Assembly: GCA_038087875.1 (NCBI GenBank)
Contig: CM075990.1
Coordinates: 14,324,001-14,388,000, forward strand
Origin: Malacoraja senta
Lineage: Eukaryota
Reading direction: 5' to 3'
Length of the DNA: 64,000 nt
The notes under the pieces were generated by a model, which made no database searches, was not told the DNA's origin, and worked only from the letters and a program-made list of their open reading frames with translations. The position numbers were made by a program, and so were the translations under genes. This document shows, one piece after another, positions 36,101-51,100 of this stretch; the first letter of the stretch is position 1, and the number at the start of each line of letters is the position of its first letter.

Positions 36101-39100
36101 TATTGAATTTTTAATTATTATATATTATCTTTGTGTACTGTTTATAGACCCATTAGGCTGCTGCAAGTAAAAAAAATCATTGTTCTGTTGTCGGTACAAA
36201 TGACAAATTAAACACTCTCGGCTCTTGAAATATACTTTGCTCGTGGAAGAGTTTCTAAGATGCCAATAAATACTGACACTATCATGCTGAAGTTTATCAT
36301 CTTTGTAAAATGTTAAGGTTTACCTCCCAACACCAAACGAACCAGGTTATCTATTGTAAAGAACAAGAGAATGATTCAAGGGCCATAATGGGCAGTAAAT
36401 GTTGCTCTTGTCAAAAATGCCTCCCATTGTGATTCTTTTTAAGATGTTGGCCAATTTGATTCAAGTGAACTAATGCCTCCAATCGAAGGGGAAAGCAGAT
36501 AACTTTCATTCAAACATTCTAAATTATAGTACCGGATACAATAATTTCAAGGATTCGCTGCTTATTATACTTTCAATGCCTCCAAATATATCAAAACTGT
36601 GCCTTTTAAATTGAGTGGTCAAAAGAAACAATGACAAAAAGTACCTTGACTACAAATTCCAATAATATGTGAAGTTGTATCAATAAAACTGTGTTTCAAT
36701 ATGTTTTTTCTCATTTTGCAGAGAGGCTGGGATCGGTACATGGTGTACCTCTTTGATAAAAGTAGCACCATCTATGAAGGACCTTTTGTTGCCAGAAAAT
36801 TACCAGAGCATGTTAATTATGTTGGTAAGAGCTAAGTTATACAAAATGCAGTTTGTAAGTTTAAAATGAAAAACTATAATCAAAACAATCTATTAACAAT
36901 CCATTAAATCCTCATGAACATAACAGATGCCAGGAATCATGACTTTCAATGTAAAAATACATCTCACTACAAATTTTCTGATTGGCCTTGATTCATTGTT
37001 ACATGTTTCAGATATCACTTCAGCCCTATTTTTCTTCACACTTGTAATATTTACATGGATGTTGTAACATTTACATGGCTTTTGCAATATTTGCATGTTG
37101 TAATTGCAACATGGAAATTCTAATGCAGCCTTACGGGTGTGGTACAACAGCGCAGTGGTTCAGCACGTTATTGTTGCACATATTGGGAGTTAAAACATAT
37201 AAGGCACCCTAGATTAACTGGAAGATTCAGTAATTTAAAGAGTACAATAGAACCTTTATTAGGAACATAATTGACCCACAAATCGGTTTTCTTTGAGTCC
37301 TATGGAGGCGATCATAGATTTAAATACGGATGAGAGAATTTAATGTTTGCTAGCCGTTTTCTTGCTTGGTACGTGTGAGTGCTCAATTGAATTCAAAATA
37401 CTGAGAATTTTCTGTTTATTTTTAAATTTGTTTTATTGATAAAATAAAAGTTGGCAAGCCTTTCAAAAAGATAGCTGTAGGGAAAGTGTGGAAATAGGTT
37501 CCAGAGGGAAGAGAAGGTATCAAAGCAAAAGAGAGGAAAAGGCTGGGGTGAGTTATTGTTGAGTGCTGTGCTAAAATATGATACATTAATGAGGTAGTGA
37601 TTAGTGTAAGACTTTGGCAGTATTAAGAAGTTCACTCCAGTTGGCCAGCTTTCTGGCAGTGCCACGACATCATTAAGTCCTAAGGCAGCTGTGCATGTGG
37701 AGTCAAGAGTGTTTTATTGTCATATGTACTTAAACAACAATAAAATTCTTATTTGAGCATTATGATAGCAATAATATTTATGTAATGCTCACAACATGTC
37801 CAAAGACGGTTAACGTGCGCATGATTAGACAGAATCTACAGTGGACTGTATAATGTGAAAGTATGAGTAGAAGATTGAGGGGGGAATCTTATAGAAACTT
37901 ACAAAATTCTTAAGGGGTTGGACAGGCTAGACAAGAAGATTGTTCCCGATGTTGGGGAAGTCCAGAACAAGGGGTCACAGTTTAAGGATAAGGGGGAAGT
38001 CTTTTAGGATCGAGATGAGAGAAAGAAATTTCACACAGAGAGTGGTGAATCTGTGGAATTCTCTGCCACAGGAAGTAGTTGAGGCCAGTTCATTGGCTAT
38101 ATTTAAGAGGGAGTTAGATGTGGCCCTTGTGGCTAAAGGGATCAGGGGGTATGGAGAGAAGGCAGGTACAGGATACTGAGTTGGATGATCAGCCATGATC
38201 ATATTGAATGGCGGTGCAGGCTCAAAGGGCCGAATGGCCTACTCCTGCACCTATTTTCTATGTTTCTATGAGCTCTAAGTTTTGACTAAGAAGAAAGAGC
38301 AACAAAGAAGCTGAGAGATTGAAAGTGACAATTCTATAACATTGATATTGCATGGAAGAGACACCGGAAAGGAAGAGGTCACGGAGATATGTGAAGCAGA
38401 TATCTGAAGAAGGGACAAGGGCATGGCCACAGAGGTAGTTGAATATTATGTTGATAATTTAAAAATCAATGGATTATTGGACCAATGAGCTGACAGAAGA
38501 AAATCCCAACCCAAAACATCAGAGATCCATGTCCTCCAGAGATGCTGCTGACGTGCTGAGTTACTCCAGCACTTTGTCTTATTTTGTAAACCAGCATCTG
38601 CAGTTCCTTGTTTCAGTATTTTTCCATGGTTCTGTTGAACATCATTTGAAGCATTTCCAGTTACTGTTGTATATCATGATTTAACCACATTATTATTATT
38701 TATGCTGTTTTTCAATGTTCTAATTATATCCCCACTATGTACCATTTTTGGACTCCCATTCCCAACTAGAAACACTTGTTCCAACGAAACCTTCTTTAAG
38801 GACATGAAAAGGAGAGACATTAAAGTGAACATGAGGCTGAGGATTAAGGGAAATGTAAACAAAAAAATAGAAACAGGTTTTTACATCAGTCTTCACAGTA
38901 GGAAATACTTGGACCTTGCAATTAATACTGAAAAAATACAGGGAAGGAATTAAGTAGCATCACTGTGATTAGAGATTTTGTATTAGGCAAACTCAAAGAA
39001 ACTAATGCTGTTTCTAGATATCAATTATTAAGGAGGCATCAACAGAATATTTTGTAAAGTCATAATCTGATTAAGCAGAGTCAGCATGGCTTCATGAAGG

Positions 39101-42100
39101 GGAAATATTGACAAACCTATGAGAGTTTTTTGACGGCGTATCAGCCGGTGGGGAGAGGGCAACCGGTCGATGTGATATAGTTGGATTTTCTAAAAGGCAT
39201 CTAACAAGCTGCCACACAAATGGTTACTTTACAAGAACAAGTGGTGTTGGATCTTATATATGGCTGTCTAACAGGTAACAGCGAGTCAAGATAAGAGGAT
39301 CATTTTCAGTTTGGCGACCTTTAAGCGGTTCATTACCACAAGGATCAGTACTGGGATACCGGCTGTTTAAAATAGATATTGGGAATTTCGAGATAGGAAG
39401 CAAATATACTGTAGCTGCACTAGCAGATGATATAAATGTAGTGGAAAGGCAAGTTGTGATGTGAGATTTTACAGAGAGATGTTGATGGGTTGAGTAAATG
39501 AAAAGTTAGCAAGGAAGATTAACAAAACAGGTTATTATGTAAATGGAGCAAGACTAAAGAAAGCTGCAGCATTAAAGGATTTTGAGGTCCTTGTACATGA
39601 AACACATACCAATAGCATACAGCTGCAGCAGATAAGGCCAATGGGATCAATTATGATTGTTTTTCAAAGGGACTGGAGTATAAAAGCAGGGGAAGTATTA
39701 CTGGAATTGTACAAGACGCTATTGAGACATTTAAATCACTGGGCACTTTTCCACTTTAATGCTCTTTTAGAGACTCAGCAGTTCCTTCTTAATCCCCAAA
39801 TGCGCTATCATATTAATATACCCACACTGATCACACAGTCCTTATCCTTCTACTGGGTGAATACTGATGCTAAGTACTTGTATAGTAATTGAAGGAAACC
39901 AATGTAGTCACATGGAGAACGTGCAAACTCCTGACGGACTGCACTAAAGGTCAGGATAATTGAGAATGCAATGTTATTGCTATACTACCCTTCCAGTTGG
40001 CTCTGTACTCTTTGGGGTTTAGAACTAAAAGTGACCTTAATAAAACATACAAAGTTTAGGATGTTAGACAGGTCAAATGCTAGGTGGGTGTTTCCCCTAT
40101 TGGGATGAGAGGACACCGTTTCAGAACAAGGGACCATTTATTTAAGACTAAAGCATTTCTTCTTTCACATGACCGCATATCTTTGGAATTCTGTAGAGGC
40201 TAAATCCTTTGATATATTCAGTTCGGAGAGATTTCAGGATGAGAAAAGGAAAGTGGGATCAGCCACAATCTTAAAAGGCTCTATGATCTATTCCTCTACC
40301 TATTTCTAATGGTCTTTTAACACTTCGCTATTGAATACACTACTCCATCTGAGCTCCAGCCAGTGGAGCGTGCTTCCACTGCTTGTGAAGCTAAGGATCC
40401 ATCTCTGCAATACTGCATTCACATCTGGCCTTGCATATTCAATTTGTTTAGTTTAGAGATAACAATGTAGAAAAAGGCCTTTGGTCCGCTGAGTCCGCAC
40501 CAACCAGCAATAACCCGTACACTAGTTCCATTCTACACACTCGGGACAATTTACAGAAGCCAATGAACCTACAATCCTGATGTAGGTTACATAAACAACT
40601 TGCATTTTATTGTTTAAATTAGAAACATCACCAAAGTATGAATAATGTTTGTAAAGACATGCAACAAGGTTGATCTTGCGTAAATTGAGAATGTTTACGT
40701 AATTTGCGTAAATTTGCGTAAATTGGAGAACTCAAATTTAGTTAAACGTATATTTGAAACAAATATTCAGAAAAATATTTTATTCAGAATCGGAATTGTT
40801 AGATGTAAAAATGTTCAAATGCAGTTAAATAGTTTGAAAAAGGTGCGAGTGGTGAGCTTCATTTTTTGTAAATTTCATAATCTTCAAATTGATCAGATGC
40901 ATTGAGACTGAAATCACATTATGTAAATTAATTAAGCTGAATAAAACCAGATTTTAATGATTTGTGGGTTTTGGTGTCAAAATTAAAGTTCTGAAATGCT
41001 GCATTTAACTTCATTGTAATGTTTTCTTATAGTACGGGATGCTAAGATAATGTTGCCTAATGTTCAGCTGAGGAAGGTGTGGGGAGAAGCTGTGAATTAT
41101 GTCTGTGGATTAAAGGAGGACTACAGCAGATTGTTCCAGGGCCAGAGAGCTGCAATGTAAGTCATTTCTGCACCGTAGAGCTGATGTAATACACTACCGA
41201 TAAATGCGTGTCCTGTTTGGGAGTATGCGTGTCCTGTTTGGGAGAGATCATCCCATGCCAAGAAACTAGACCCAGCATTGAATAACACCTGCCGCTCAAT
41301 CACTGGCTGCTTGAAGCCCACCAACATAAACAACCTGCACCTCCTCGCTGGCATTGCCCCTGCTGATGTGAGATGGAAAGTCGCCAGCCGAGTAGAGATG
41401 ACCAAGGCCACCAATGATGAACGCCACCTCCTCTACGGACGTGTACCCCCGGCCCAACGGCTGAAGTCCAGGAGAAGCTTTCTCAGCCATGTCCAGCCCC
41501 TAATAGCATCACGGGAAGAAACCAGACTCCAACTATGGACAAAAAGGCTTGAGGACGACCCCCCTCCTACTGACATGGGTATCCCTCCTTCTGAAGCCCT
41601 CCATCTGGGCTCAGAAGCACCATGGGTCCAGTGGAAGACGCTCAACCGCCTGAGAACAGGAACAGGGCGATCAAAAGATGCCATGGCCAGATGGGGCTAT
41701 GAAACTGGCCAAACCACCTGTGAATGTGGAGAAGAGGACCACACAATGCAGCACTGCCTTGTCTGCCCCCTACTACCCAACCAGTGCAGCTCAAAGGATC
41801 TTGCAGTGTTCAATAAAAACGCAAAGGACTGTGTAAAGGAATGGGAAACTGTCATATAGCCAACCAGCTTCAAAGACACAAAAAGAAGGAGACCGATAAA
41901 TAATTATATGTTTGCCTCTCTATGTACTCACTTACAAATTATAAAGTCAAGGATTAAGATCTCAAAGAAGATCCAAGAATCCAAGAGGTGAAAGACATTT
42001 CAGGAAGAAAAATTCAAAGACATGAAAATTAAGGAAGAAAAGGAAAATTAAGAATTTTTTTAAAATAGAATTTCCTAAAACAATTTACAATGTGGAAGAA

Positions 42101-45100
42101 TGTGACTGTGTTGATTTATGTTCAATTATGAGCATCTTTTTTAAAAGGTTCCTGTCCCTGTAGGATACTCATTTTGCATTCTCTGGGGAGCTCCAATCTT
42201 TCCAAGTGAAACAAAAATGTTAATCAAATTATGTTGAGAGCAACACCAAATTTAAAAAATCTGTTCATTATTTGAAATATTTCCTATAAAATCATCTAAT
42301 TCTTTTTTCAATGGTAGAATATTCTACCCCAATGGTGTGCCTTGCAGTAAATTACTTTTTCAGTCAGTAAGCTTGCATGAGATGCTAAAATGATTGTTGT
42401 GGTCAACTTCCTGTCTTTCCTGCAGCACGCAAAGAATGCTATTTCCTGATGGGCACATTTCCAATTTCCATTCGGATTTATGTGGACTTGCCTACAATTT
42501 AGATCATATATGAGATTGACAATATATATTGGCAAAAAATAGCATAATAATCTTAATAATTTGCCACATTTAGGGAGCATAAATATTGTATGATTTAGTA
42601 GAGCCAGGATTTTGCCATAAATGCCTTTTTCATGATCGAGGCCTGAATCAGCCTTTTTTTGCCGTTTTGCTAAAAGGTCATGCTATTTTCTCTAGTGGTA
42701 CCATGATTACAATTACATTTTCTATATTAACACCTTAATATTAATGTTATTGTTAACGTGTTAACATAGTATAATTTACAAGCAAACATCCACCACCGGG
42801 GCGAAACCGGGGGGCGCCACCGTCGGTCAATCATTCGTTCGTGCCGCTGCCCGCTGGTTCCGTCTTCTCCAAGATCTATTTAAGAAAAAAATTGAAGGTA
42901 GACAAAAGATGCTGGAAAAACTCAGCGGGTGAGGCAGCAGCTATGGAGAGAAGGAATAGGCAACGTTTCTTCAGACTGATGTGGAGGGGGGGGAGGGAAA
43001 AAGAAAGGAAGAGGCAGAGACAGTTGGACTAGAAGGAGAGCTGGGAATGGGGAGGGGGAGGATGGAGAAGACAAGGACTATCTAAAATTAGAGAAGTCAA
43101 CGTTGATACCGCTGGGGTGTAGACTACCCGTAAAATACCCAAGCTTCTCCTCCTACATTTACTGCTGGCTCCAGTCGCAAATCTGAGTTTTCGAGTGATC
43201 TGTGCAAGACATTTATTGATGCTGGAATTCCACTGTGGAAATTGGAAAATAAACCTCTCAGAGGTTTTTTAGAGAAATACATAAAGGAACATAAACCTAG
43301 ACATTATGGAAAAATTGTGTTGACAGCAACACTGTTGTGCAGAAAATTAGAGATGAAGTTGCATGCAGCAAAATATGGATCTCAATAGACAAGACAACCG
43401 ATGCTGTGGGGAGTTATGTTGCCAATGTGGTCATCGATACACTGGAGGCAGGTCAACCATCAAAGGAGTATTTGTTGACATCGGAACAGTGGAAAAGTCA
43501 AACAGCTCAACTATTGCTCAGTTGTTTACATCTTCACTTGCTGTACTTTTGCTGCAAATATTTTGCTTTGTTTCTGGAGTAATTGATTGCTTTCACTGTT
43601 GGTTATAAGGCCATTAAATATATGTTGACTACTATTAAATTACTTGGCTGACAAAAATATTTTGCTTTTAGTAATAAAGGCAATTAATTTTAGTTTATCA
43701 TTGCCACGTGTACTGAGGTACAGTGAAAAGCGTTTTTGTTGCGCGCTATCCAGTGGATGGAGCTTTTCTCACATTGGGGTCAATTTACAGTGGCCAATTA
43801 ACCTACCAACCCAAAGGACTTTGGGACGTGGGGGGAAACTGAAGCCCCCAGAGGAAACCCACATGATCATGGGGAGAATATACAAACAGCACACAGAGAC
43901 AGCACCTGAAGATTGAACCTAGATCTCTGGTGCCGTGAAACAGTAGCAATATTAGCTGCACCACCACATCGCCCACATGTTTATATTTCAATTGTAGCTT
44001 AGTTTAGTTTAGTGATACGGTGCGGAAACAGGCCCTTCAGCACACCGAGTCGGTGCCGACCAGCGATCCCCGCACATTAACACTATCCTACACACATTAA
44101 GGACAATTTACACATACACCCAGCCAATTAACCGACATACCTGTACGTCTTTGGAGTGTGGGAGAAAACCGAAGATCTCGGAGAAAACCTACGCGGTCAC
44201 CGGGAGAACGTACAAACTCCGTACACACAGCACCCGTAGTCGGGATCGAACCCGGGTTTCCGGCGCTGCAAGCGTTGTAAGGCAGCAACTCTACTGCTGT
44301 GCCACTCTGCCGCCCTTTAAGTTGACTGATTTATATCCTTACTGGCCAGTCGCCTCCCTGTCAATATTTTTTTTTTTGTTGTGTTAATGAATGCTTTTTC
44401 AATAGAAACTTCTGTTGTTCATTGTGAAAGGTTTTGTTTTTAGATGTTCCATGGAATCTTATTTTTTGATTGTGATTTATTTCCAGGTTGAGTCTGCTTC
44501 GTTATAACAATAACCTTACAAAAATGAAAACAACCATGTTTTCTAATTCTCAGCAGTTGAAGGCTAGGTTGGATTTCTTTCAGTCCAGCATTAAGCTTGA
44601 TCTGGAAAAGTACAGCGAGCAAATGGCATATGGAATATGTAAGTGTCCACTTTATTAAAATCTTTCTGAATGTGTTGTGATCTTGTGTTTATTGATGGAT
44701 CTATTGTTAATTACATTGGCAGCAAGTGATCTAATGTCCTTTCTTTTCATGTTATTCTGTGGCAATGTTATACGCTGCAATTAGTTGTGCGACTAGCCTA
44801 ACTGGTCCTTGTTTGATTGATGGGACTGCTGGTAGAAACTGGAAATTCATGAATTTGTACAGCTCACAGTCAACTACGTTTCTTTTGAAACACCTGCTTG
44901 CTGTTTGTGAGTATAATGATTGGTCTGTGGGAATGACGTGACTGGAAAAAAACTCATTTGTCATCGAGCCCTGGTGAGCATCGTTCCATCACAAGCAAAA
45001 GCATTGTGACAACAAGATGACAAAGTGGAGCATTTGTTTCCTGATGAACAATTAGAATCATTTAAGCAAACAGAATTTAAATTGCAGCAGCAGAGCTTAG

Positions 45101-48100
45101 TGGGGGTTTTCCGTGAATCTCTCTCTTGAACGTACTTCCATTAAAATCACTGACGACTGCATTTCCCTTCTGAGGCCCAATTTGACTTCCATTGTAATTG
45201 CTTATCCTCCTCTTTGTCAATCATTAACATTAAATTGAAGAGAAAACTTTTTACACCTCTACCTTTGCAAACAGTGAACCTGCCTCCATTCATGTCTGAA
45301 ATCCTTGAAACTAAAGACACCTCAGAAATCCATGCTTATTTTAATTAAGGCTTTGTTTGCATGTGTCCAATTGGGTAACAACTATCCTACAGGATCAAAG
45401 CCCTAATCAAAGTACAACATGTGTGTGAATCTAACCATAGTGCTCACTGTTCATGATACTTTTGAAGAAAAACAAAGGTTAGTTGATTGTAAGCCTTTTG
45501 ATTGTGATCTTCCATCTATTGACCAGGAGCTCAAGTTTGCTTCCAGTGTAACAGCCAATAAGCCAATTGTGACAAGAACCTCTGATCATTCACCTCTTGC
45601 ATGTCGAGACATGGTGGGGCTGATCCTCTCTAGCAGTGACACTTCAGTACAATTTAATATTAAAAGTGGTGTGAAACTGAGCTGTGTGCTTGTTCCAGGC
45701 CTGTCCAACCTGTTTTTCACGTGTGTCCTTAACTATGTCCTCTGACTTTGAAGGAGAAGTGTACTTGAGGGGTAAACTGTATGGCTCACTATTCAACCTC
45801 TGGAGACTGAAGGCAAGAACCACGACATTGAGAGACTGACCTCAGAGGCACTGTTGCTGATGACTGTGCCCTTAGGGCATATTCAGAGTTTGACCTTCAA
45901 TTCATTGACAAGTTTATCAAAGCTTTGTGATTCTTCATCCTACAATCAGTCTCAACAAGCAAGGTCCGGCACCAACCTGTTCCAGGGTCCACAGTGTATC
46001 ATTTCAGCACAAACATCAATGGCAATGAGCTGAAGAGGGCAATTACTTTAAGTACCTGGAAATCCTCATCTCTTTTAATGTCGGAAAGAACTGCAGATGC
46101 TGGTTTAAATCGAAGGTAGACACAAAATGCTGGAGTAACTCATTGGGACAGGCAGCATCTCTGGAGAGAAGGAATGGGTGACGTTTCGGATCAAGACCCT
46201 TCTCCAGACTGATGTCAGGGGAGTGGGCGGGACAGAGATAGAATGTAGTCGGAGACAGTAAGACTGGTGTGGAAATTAGCAAGGGCAATCAGTCGATCTG
46301 CACTCTTGTGTGAAGAACCACAGAAACTAAAGGTGTACAAAACGGTTGTACAGCTGTGAGCCATGAACACTTTACAAGAAGAATTGTTTCAAACCGTTTC
46401 CACATGAGATGTATGCGGCCACTATTGGGCATCAAATGGCACGGGAGGGTGATCAGGCAGCCTGATCAGCAATGAGGCCTTGATCCTGAGGGCTCAGTTC
46501 CACTGGACAGACCATGTAATCCATTCGGACAGTTTCCATATGCTCCTTTGCAGCTCCTTTACATAGGTCTTTCAGAGACACCGGAAGGAGAGATGTTCAA
46601 GAAACTAATACAAGGATTATATCAAAGACAGACTTAAAAACAGTGACCTTCCTCAAACTTGTGTTCTTGGATTGATGGTCCATAATTCTGACCTGTTTAT
46701 AAAAACACAAAACTGGAGCTAATATCTAATAAAATAAATCAAACAAACTCTGTCTTTTATATATAACAGGAATATTTTTGGAATAGCTCATTGATAAATA
46801 TATGGTAATGTGGTAAATCTTTTTTAGTTCATATACTTACAGTGCACATAACAGTGGTCAATAATAACATTGTTTTTCCAATACTAGGTTCTACTACCAG
46901 GTTTTGACTAATACCATCAGCATCATTATTTCTATCTGGCTGAGAGATGCGCCCTTTGAATATCTGCCATTTATTCCCCTTTAGGAGGAATATGCTGTCA
47001 AATTAAAATGTTATTTGAAACTCTGCGAGAGTTGCCAGAGCACAGTTATTTTTTGTGCCAATCCCTCAAATCCTGCTACAAATTTATACTGCAATAAATT
47101 TATAGCTATTCTTGCACAGCATTACTTAAACAAACTCCACATCGACGATCAAGCGCAGTGGAAAGAACCAAAGGACCCAATGGTTTGAGAATTTGCCAAA
47201 TACCTTCATAACTAAAGTAAATCTGATGCTTTCAGCTAATCTAACTTTATTTTTTACATAGTAAACCTGGATTATCACCATCTCTTAAATGCCAAAAATG
47301 TTGAATAAAAATAAATGGCTTTAAAAGATGGAACCTTTATTTGTTACATTGTTATGTTTTAACTTTGCTGTGTTGAAAAAAGATGGTGCTTGCAGATGTT
47401 CATACTAGATAAAAGATTTGTATTTTCTAGTACCTTTCTTGGCTATTTCTCACAAACATTTACAGCAATGTATTAATGAAGAAAATTGCAGTCATATTGG
47501 AAGAAACACAGAGAGACAGATCAATGCACAGCAAACTCCTGCAAAGGTTATTGTAATAGTTGCCAACTACTGGGCCTGTCCCACTTAGGTTATTTTTAGG
47601 CGACTGCCGGAGACTGTCATAGTCATAGCAGGTCGCTGAAAAAACGGCGATTGGCTCCCCCTTCGACATAAAATTTGAAATAGAATCATTACTTTAATAA
47701 CAAAAAAAAAATGAAGTCAGCACCGGCGACAATCTACGTTAACCTGGCGCCAACTACGACAGCACCTACATCAGGAGAAGTCCAGCTACGCTCATTGGCG
47801 TCAAACCCACTGTTGCCGACTGTCTCCAAAAATTTTTCAACATGTTGAAAGTCCAGCGGCGACCAGAAAGACGCTACGACTCTTTGGGCGACTGAGGAGA
47901 CTACTCACGACCATACAGGCGACAATCCGGCGACCATGTGGCGACAGCCTAGTCGCCTGAAAATAGCCTAAGTGGGACAGGCCCTTAAGTTATTTTTGTA
48001 GAGTTGATTGAAAATAAATATTGGTCAAAGCATTGGGCAGAATTGTGTGTTTTTTTTTTCCAAATGCCAACCAGAAAGGTTAGATGGCTCCTTGTGAAAA

Positions 48101-51100
48101 ACGCCACCTGAGAGAAGAGGTGCACAACCGGGCTTCTTCCTCTTGTTACTGAACTGGTGCTCAAGTCTAAACAGGAATTTGAACTTGCAAAGTTCATTCA
48201 TCTGAGTCAGATCATTGCAAGTTCAAATTCCTGTTAAAGATTGACTTTGGTAAATACTAAAATAGAATAACAAAATTGGCCAAAAAAGTTGGTCAGTAGA
48301 TTGGTAAAAAATATGAATACAATTGTAAGTTTCAATATGAAAAGAGGACAGAGAAACTGTGAAATAGTTTGCATAGCAAAATGGAGAGTGTGAATTGAAG
48401 AGCAATACTCTTTTGGAGAAAGAAAAATAGTGCACTGTATTGGGCTAGAGAGTGGGAGCAGAAACACTGGATCATTTTCTATTCCTAACTTTCTATTCCT
48501 AAACCTGTTGTGACTTTTTTTATTTTATCTGATGTTTACTTAAGATTTACTTTATTGTTCCCAAGCAATGACAACAGAACACAATTTAGTTCTATCACTG
48601 GGCGATTACCTGTGAGGATCCTGATATCCCAGGTCCCAAACTTCATATTGTTGAATGAAAGTTGCCAATGTGTGATTTATTTTAACATGGGGTAGATGTT
48701 GCCCACAAGTTATCACATATTCAGACTCAATCTACATTTATTTATTCTAGTTCTTACAATATGATTTCCTTTTGTTTATATTTTCAGGAGATGGTTGTGA
48801 ATTTTAAGGAACAGTATGCTGTTTATTGCTGAGTTACTTCTAAATTTTGATTGAGATTGTATATTTCTATTCTTAGCTTCTGAGAAGATGTTAAAAGCAT
48901 GGAAGGAAATGGAAGAGAAGGCAGAAGCTTGTAAACAGGTAAATAAGTTGAAGGTTTTAATGGTGTTTGACAGTGAAATTGTATTTTAATACTAAATAAA
49001 TGTTAGTATCATGCAGGTAATATTTGACTGCTAAGATATAGTCATTGATGATACAAGAAACTGCAGATGCTGGAATATTGAACAACAACAAAAAGTGCTG
49101 AAGGAACTCAGCAGGTCAGGCTGCATCTGTGGAGGGAATGGAGTGACGTTTCTGCTTGGGATTCTTCTTCAGACTGATTCTGTCAGACTCATTGAGTTCC
49201 TTCAGCATTTGGGTTTTTTTGTTCAATAGTCTTTGGTATGCTGAGAAACTTGGGTTTGTCACCAAGTAAGATCAGAAAGTTAATTTTATTCTACTACAGC
49301 TTATAATTATGGAATATGATCTTGTACAGCACAATACATGCCCCATGTCAAGTTCTCATTATATCCGGGATTCAAAATAGTAATATTTGTCTTTGTGTTT
49401 TCCTCTGGCTGCGTATTTGTTAGGACCAAAGAAGGGTCTCGACCCAAAACGTCACCCATTCCTTCTCTCCAGAGATGCTGCCTGTCCCGCTGAATTTTGT
49501 GTCTACCATCGATTTAAACCAGCATCTGCAGTTCTTTCCTACACATTCTTCAATTTTAAGTTGTATGATTAAATTATTAAATTACTTTACAATTCTTCAA
49601 TGTAACAAAGTAGCAACCACAGAGACCAGGCTTAAATCCCATCCTTGGGTGCTGTGTTTGTGGAGTTTGCATGTTCTTCCTGTCACCATATAGATTTTCC
49701 CCAAGTTGCTTTGGTTTCTTCTTACATAGAAACATAGAAAATAGTTGCAGGAGTAGGCCATTCGGCACTTCAAGCCAGCACCGCCATTCAATATGTTCAT
49801 GGCTGATCACCTAAAATCAGTACCCTGTCCCTGCTTTTTCCCCATATCCCTTGATTCCTTTAGCACTACGAGCTAAATCTAACTCTCTCTTGAAAACATC
49901 CAGTGAATTGGCCTCCAATGCCTTCTGTGGCAGAAAATTCTACAGATTCACAACTCTCTGGGTGAAAAAGTTTTTCCTCATCTCAATGCTAAATCTCCAA
50001 CCCTTTATTCTTAAACTGTGACCCCTGGTTCTGGACTCTCCCAACATCAGGAACATTTTTCCTGCATCTAGCCTGTCCAATCCTCTAAGAATCTTATATG
50101 TTTCTATAAGATTCCCTCTCATCCTTCTAAATTCCAGCAAATAAATGCGCAGTCGACCCATTCTTTCATCATATGTCAGTCCCGCCATCCTGGGAATTAA
50201 CCTGGTGAACCTATGCTGCACTCCCTCAATAGCAATCATGTCCTTCTTCAAATTAGGAGCCCAAAATTGCACACAATACTCCAGGGCCCTGTACAACTGC
50301 AGTAGGACCTCCTTGCTCCTAAACTCAAATCCTCTCGCAATGAAGGTCAACATGCCATTAGCACTAATGTGATGGTTGGTAGGTTACTTGGTCACTGTAA
50401 ATTACCCCTATTGTGTAGGTGTAAGCTGTGAGGTGTTACCAACTCCCTCTCTGCAAAACTCGTCCAAATTCACAGGCAGGAAAAGCAAATCAGCATCGAT
50501 AGCTTCTCCCAAGGCAGCATCCCCAGCATTGAAGCTTTAAGGGCCTGTCCCACTTGGCGATTTTGCCGGCGTCATATCAGTGTCGCCAAAAGATTTTGAA
50601 CATTTCAAAATCCAGCGGCGACAAAAAAAAAGCGACACTTGAAAAAACACCACGCGTCATACGTCACCACGCCACTTCACCGCCAGGTCATGCGTCGTCA
50701 CGCCGTGTATTTTTCGGTGACCTGATACATCAGTCAAATGATGCCGGCAGTCGCCGAAAAAATCGCCAAGAGGGACAGGCCCTTTAATTAGAGGCTCATT
50801 TAGCACCTACAGCACAGGCTGTATAACACAGAATATAGAACAGTACAGCACACGAGCAGGTCCTTCAGCCCATCGTGTCTGCACTGATCATGATGTTAAT
50901 CATACTAATCCTGTACATAGTTCACATCCCTCTATTCCCTACTTGTTCATGTGTCTAAAAGTCTCTTGATCGTTGCTGTCCTATCTGCTTCTACCACCTC
51001 TCCTGGCAGCATGTTCCAAGCACCTGTAAAAAAAAGTCTTGCATTGCACAAATGTTTTAAACTTTCTCTCCTTTACCTTAAACCTTGGCTCCCTAGTGGG

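Noticed and set aside
48781..48876. Alternative acceptor TTTTCAG upstream of exon 14
   Set aside because: It would add 89 nt and shift the frame. The acceptor at 48876 gives the conserved 62-nt exon.
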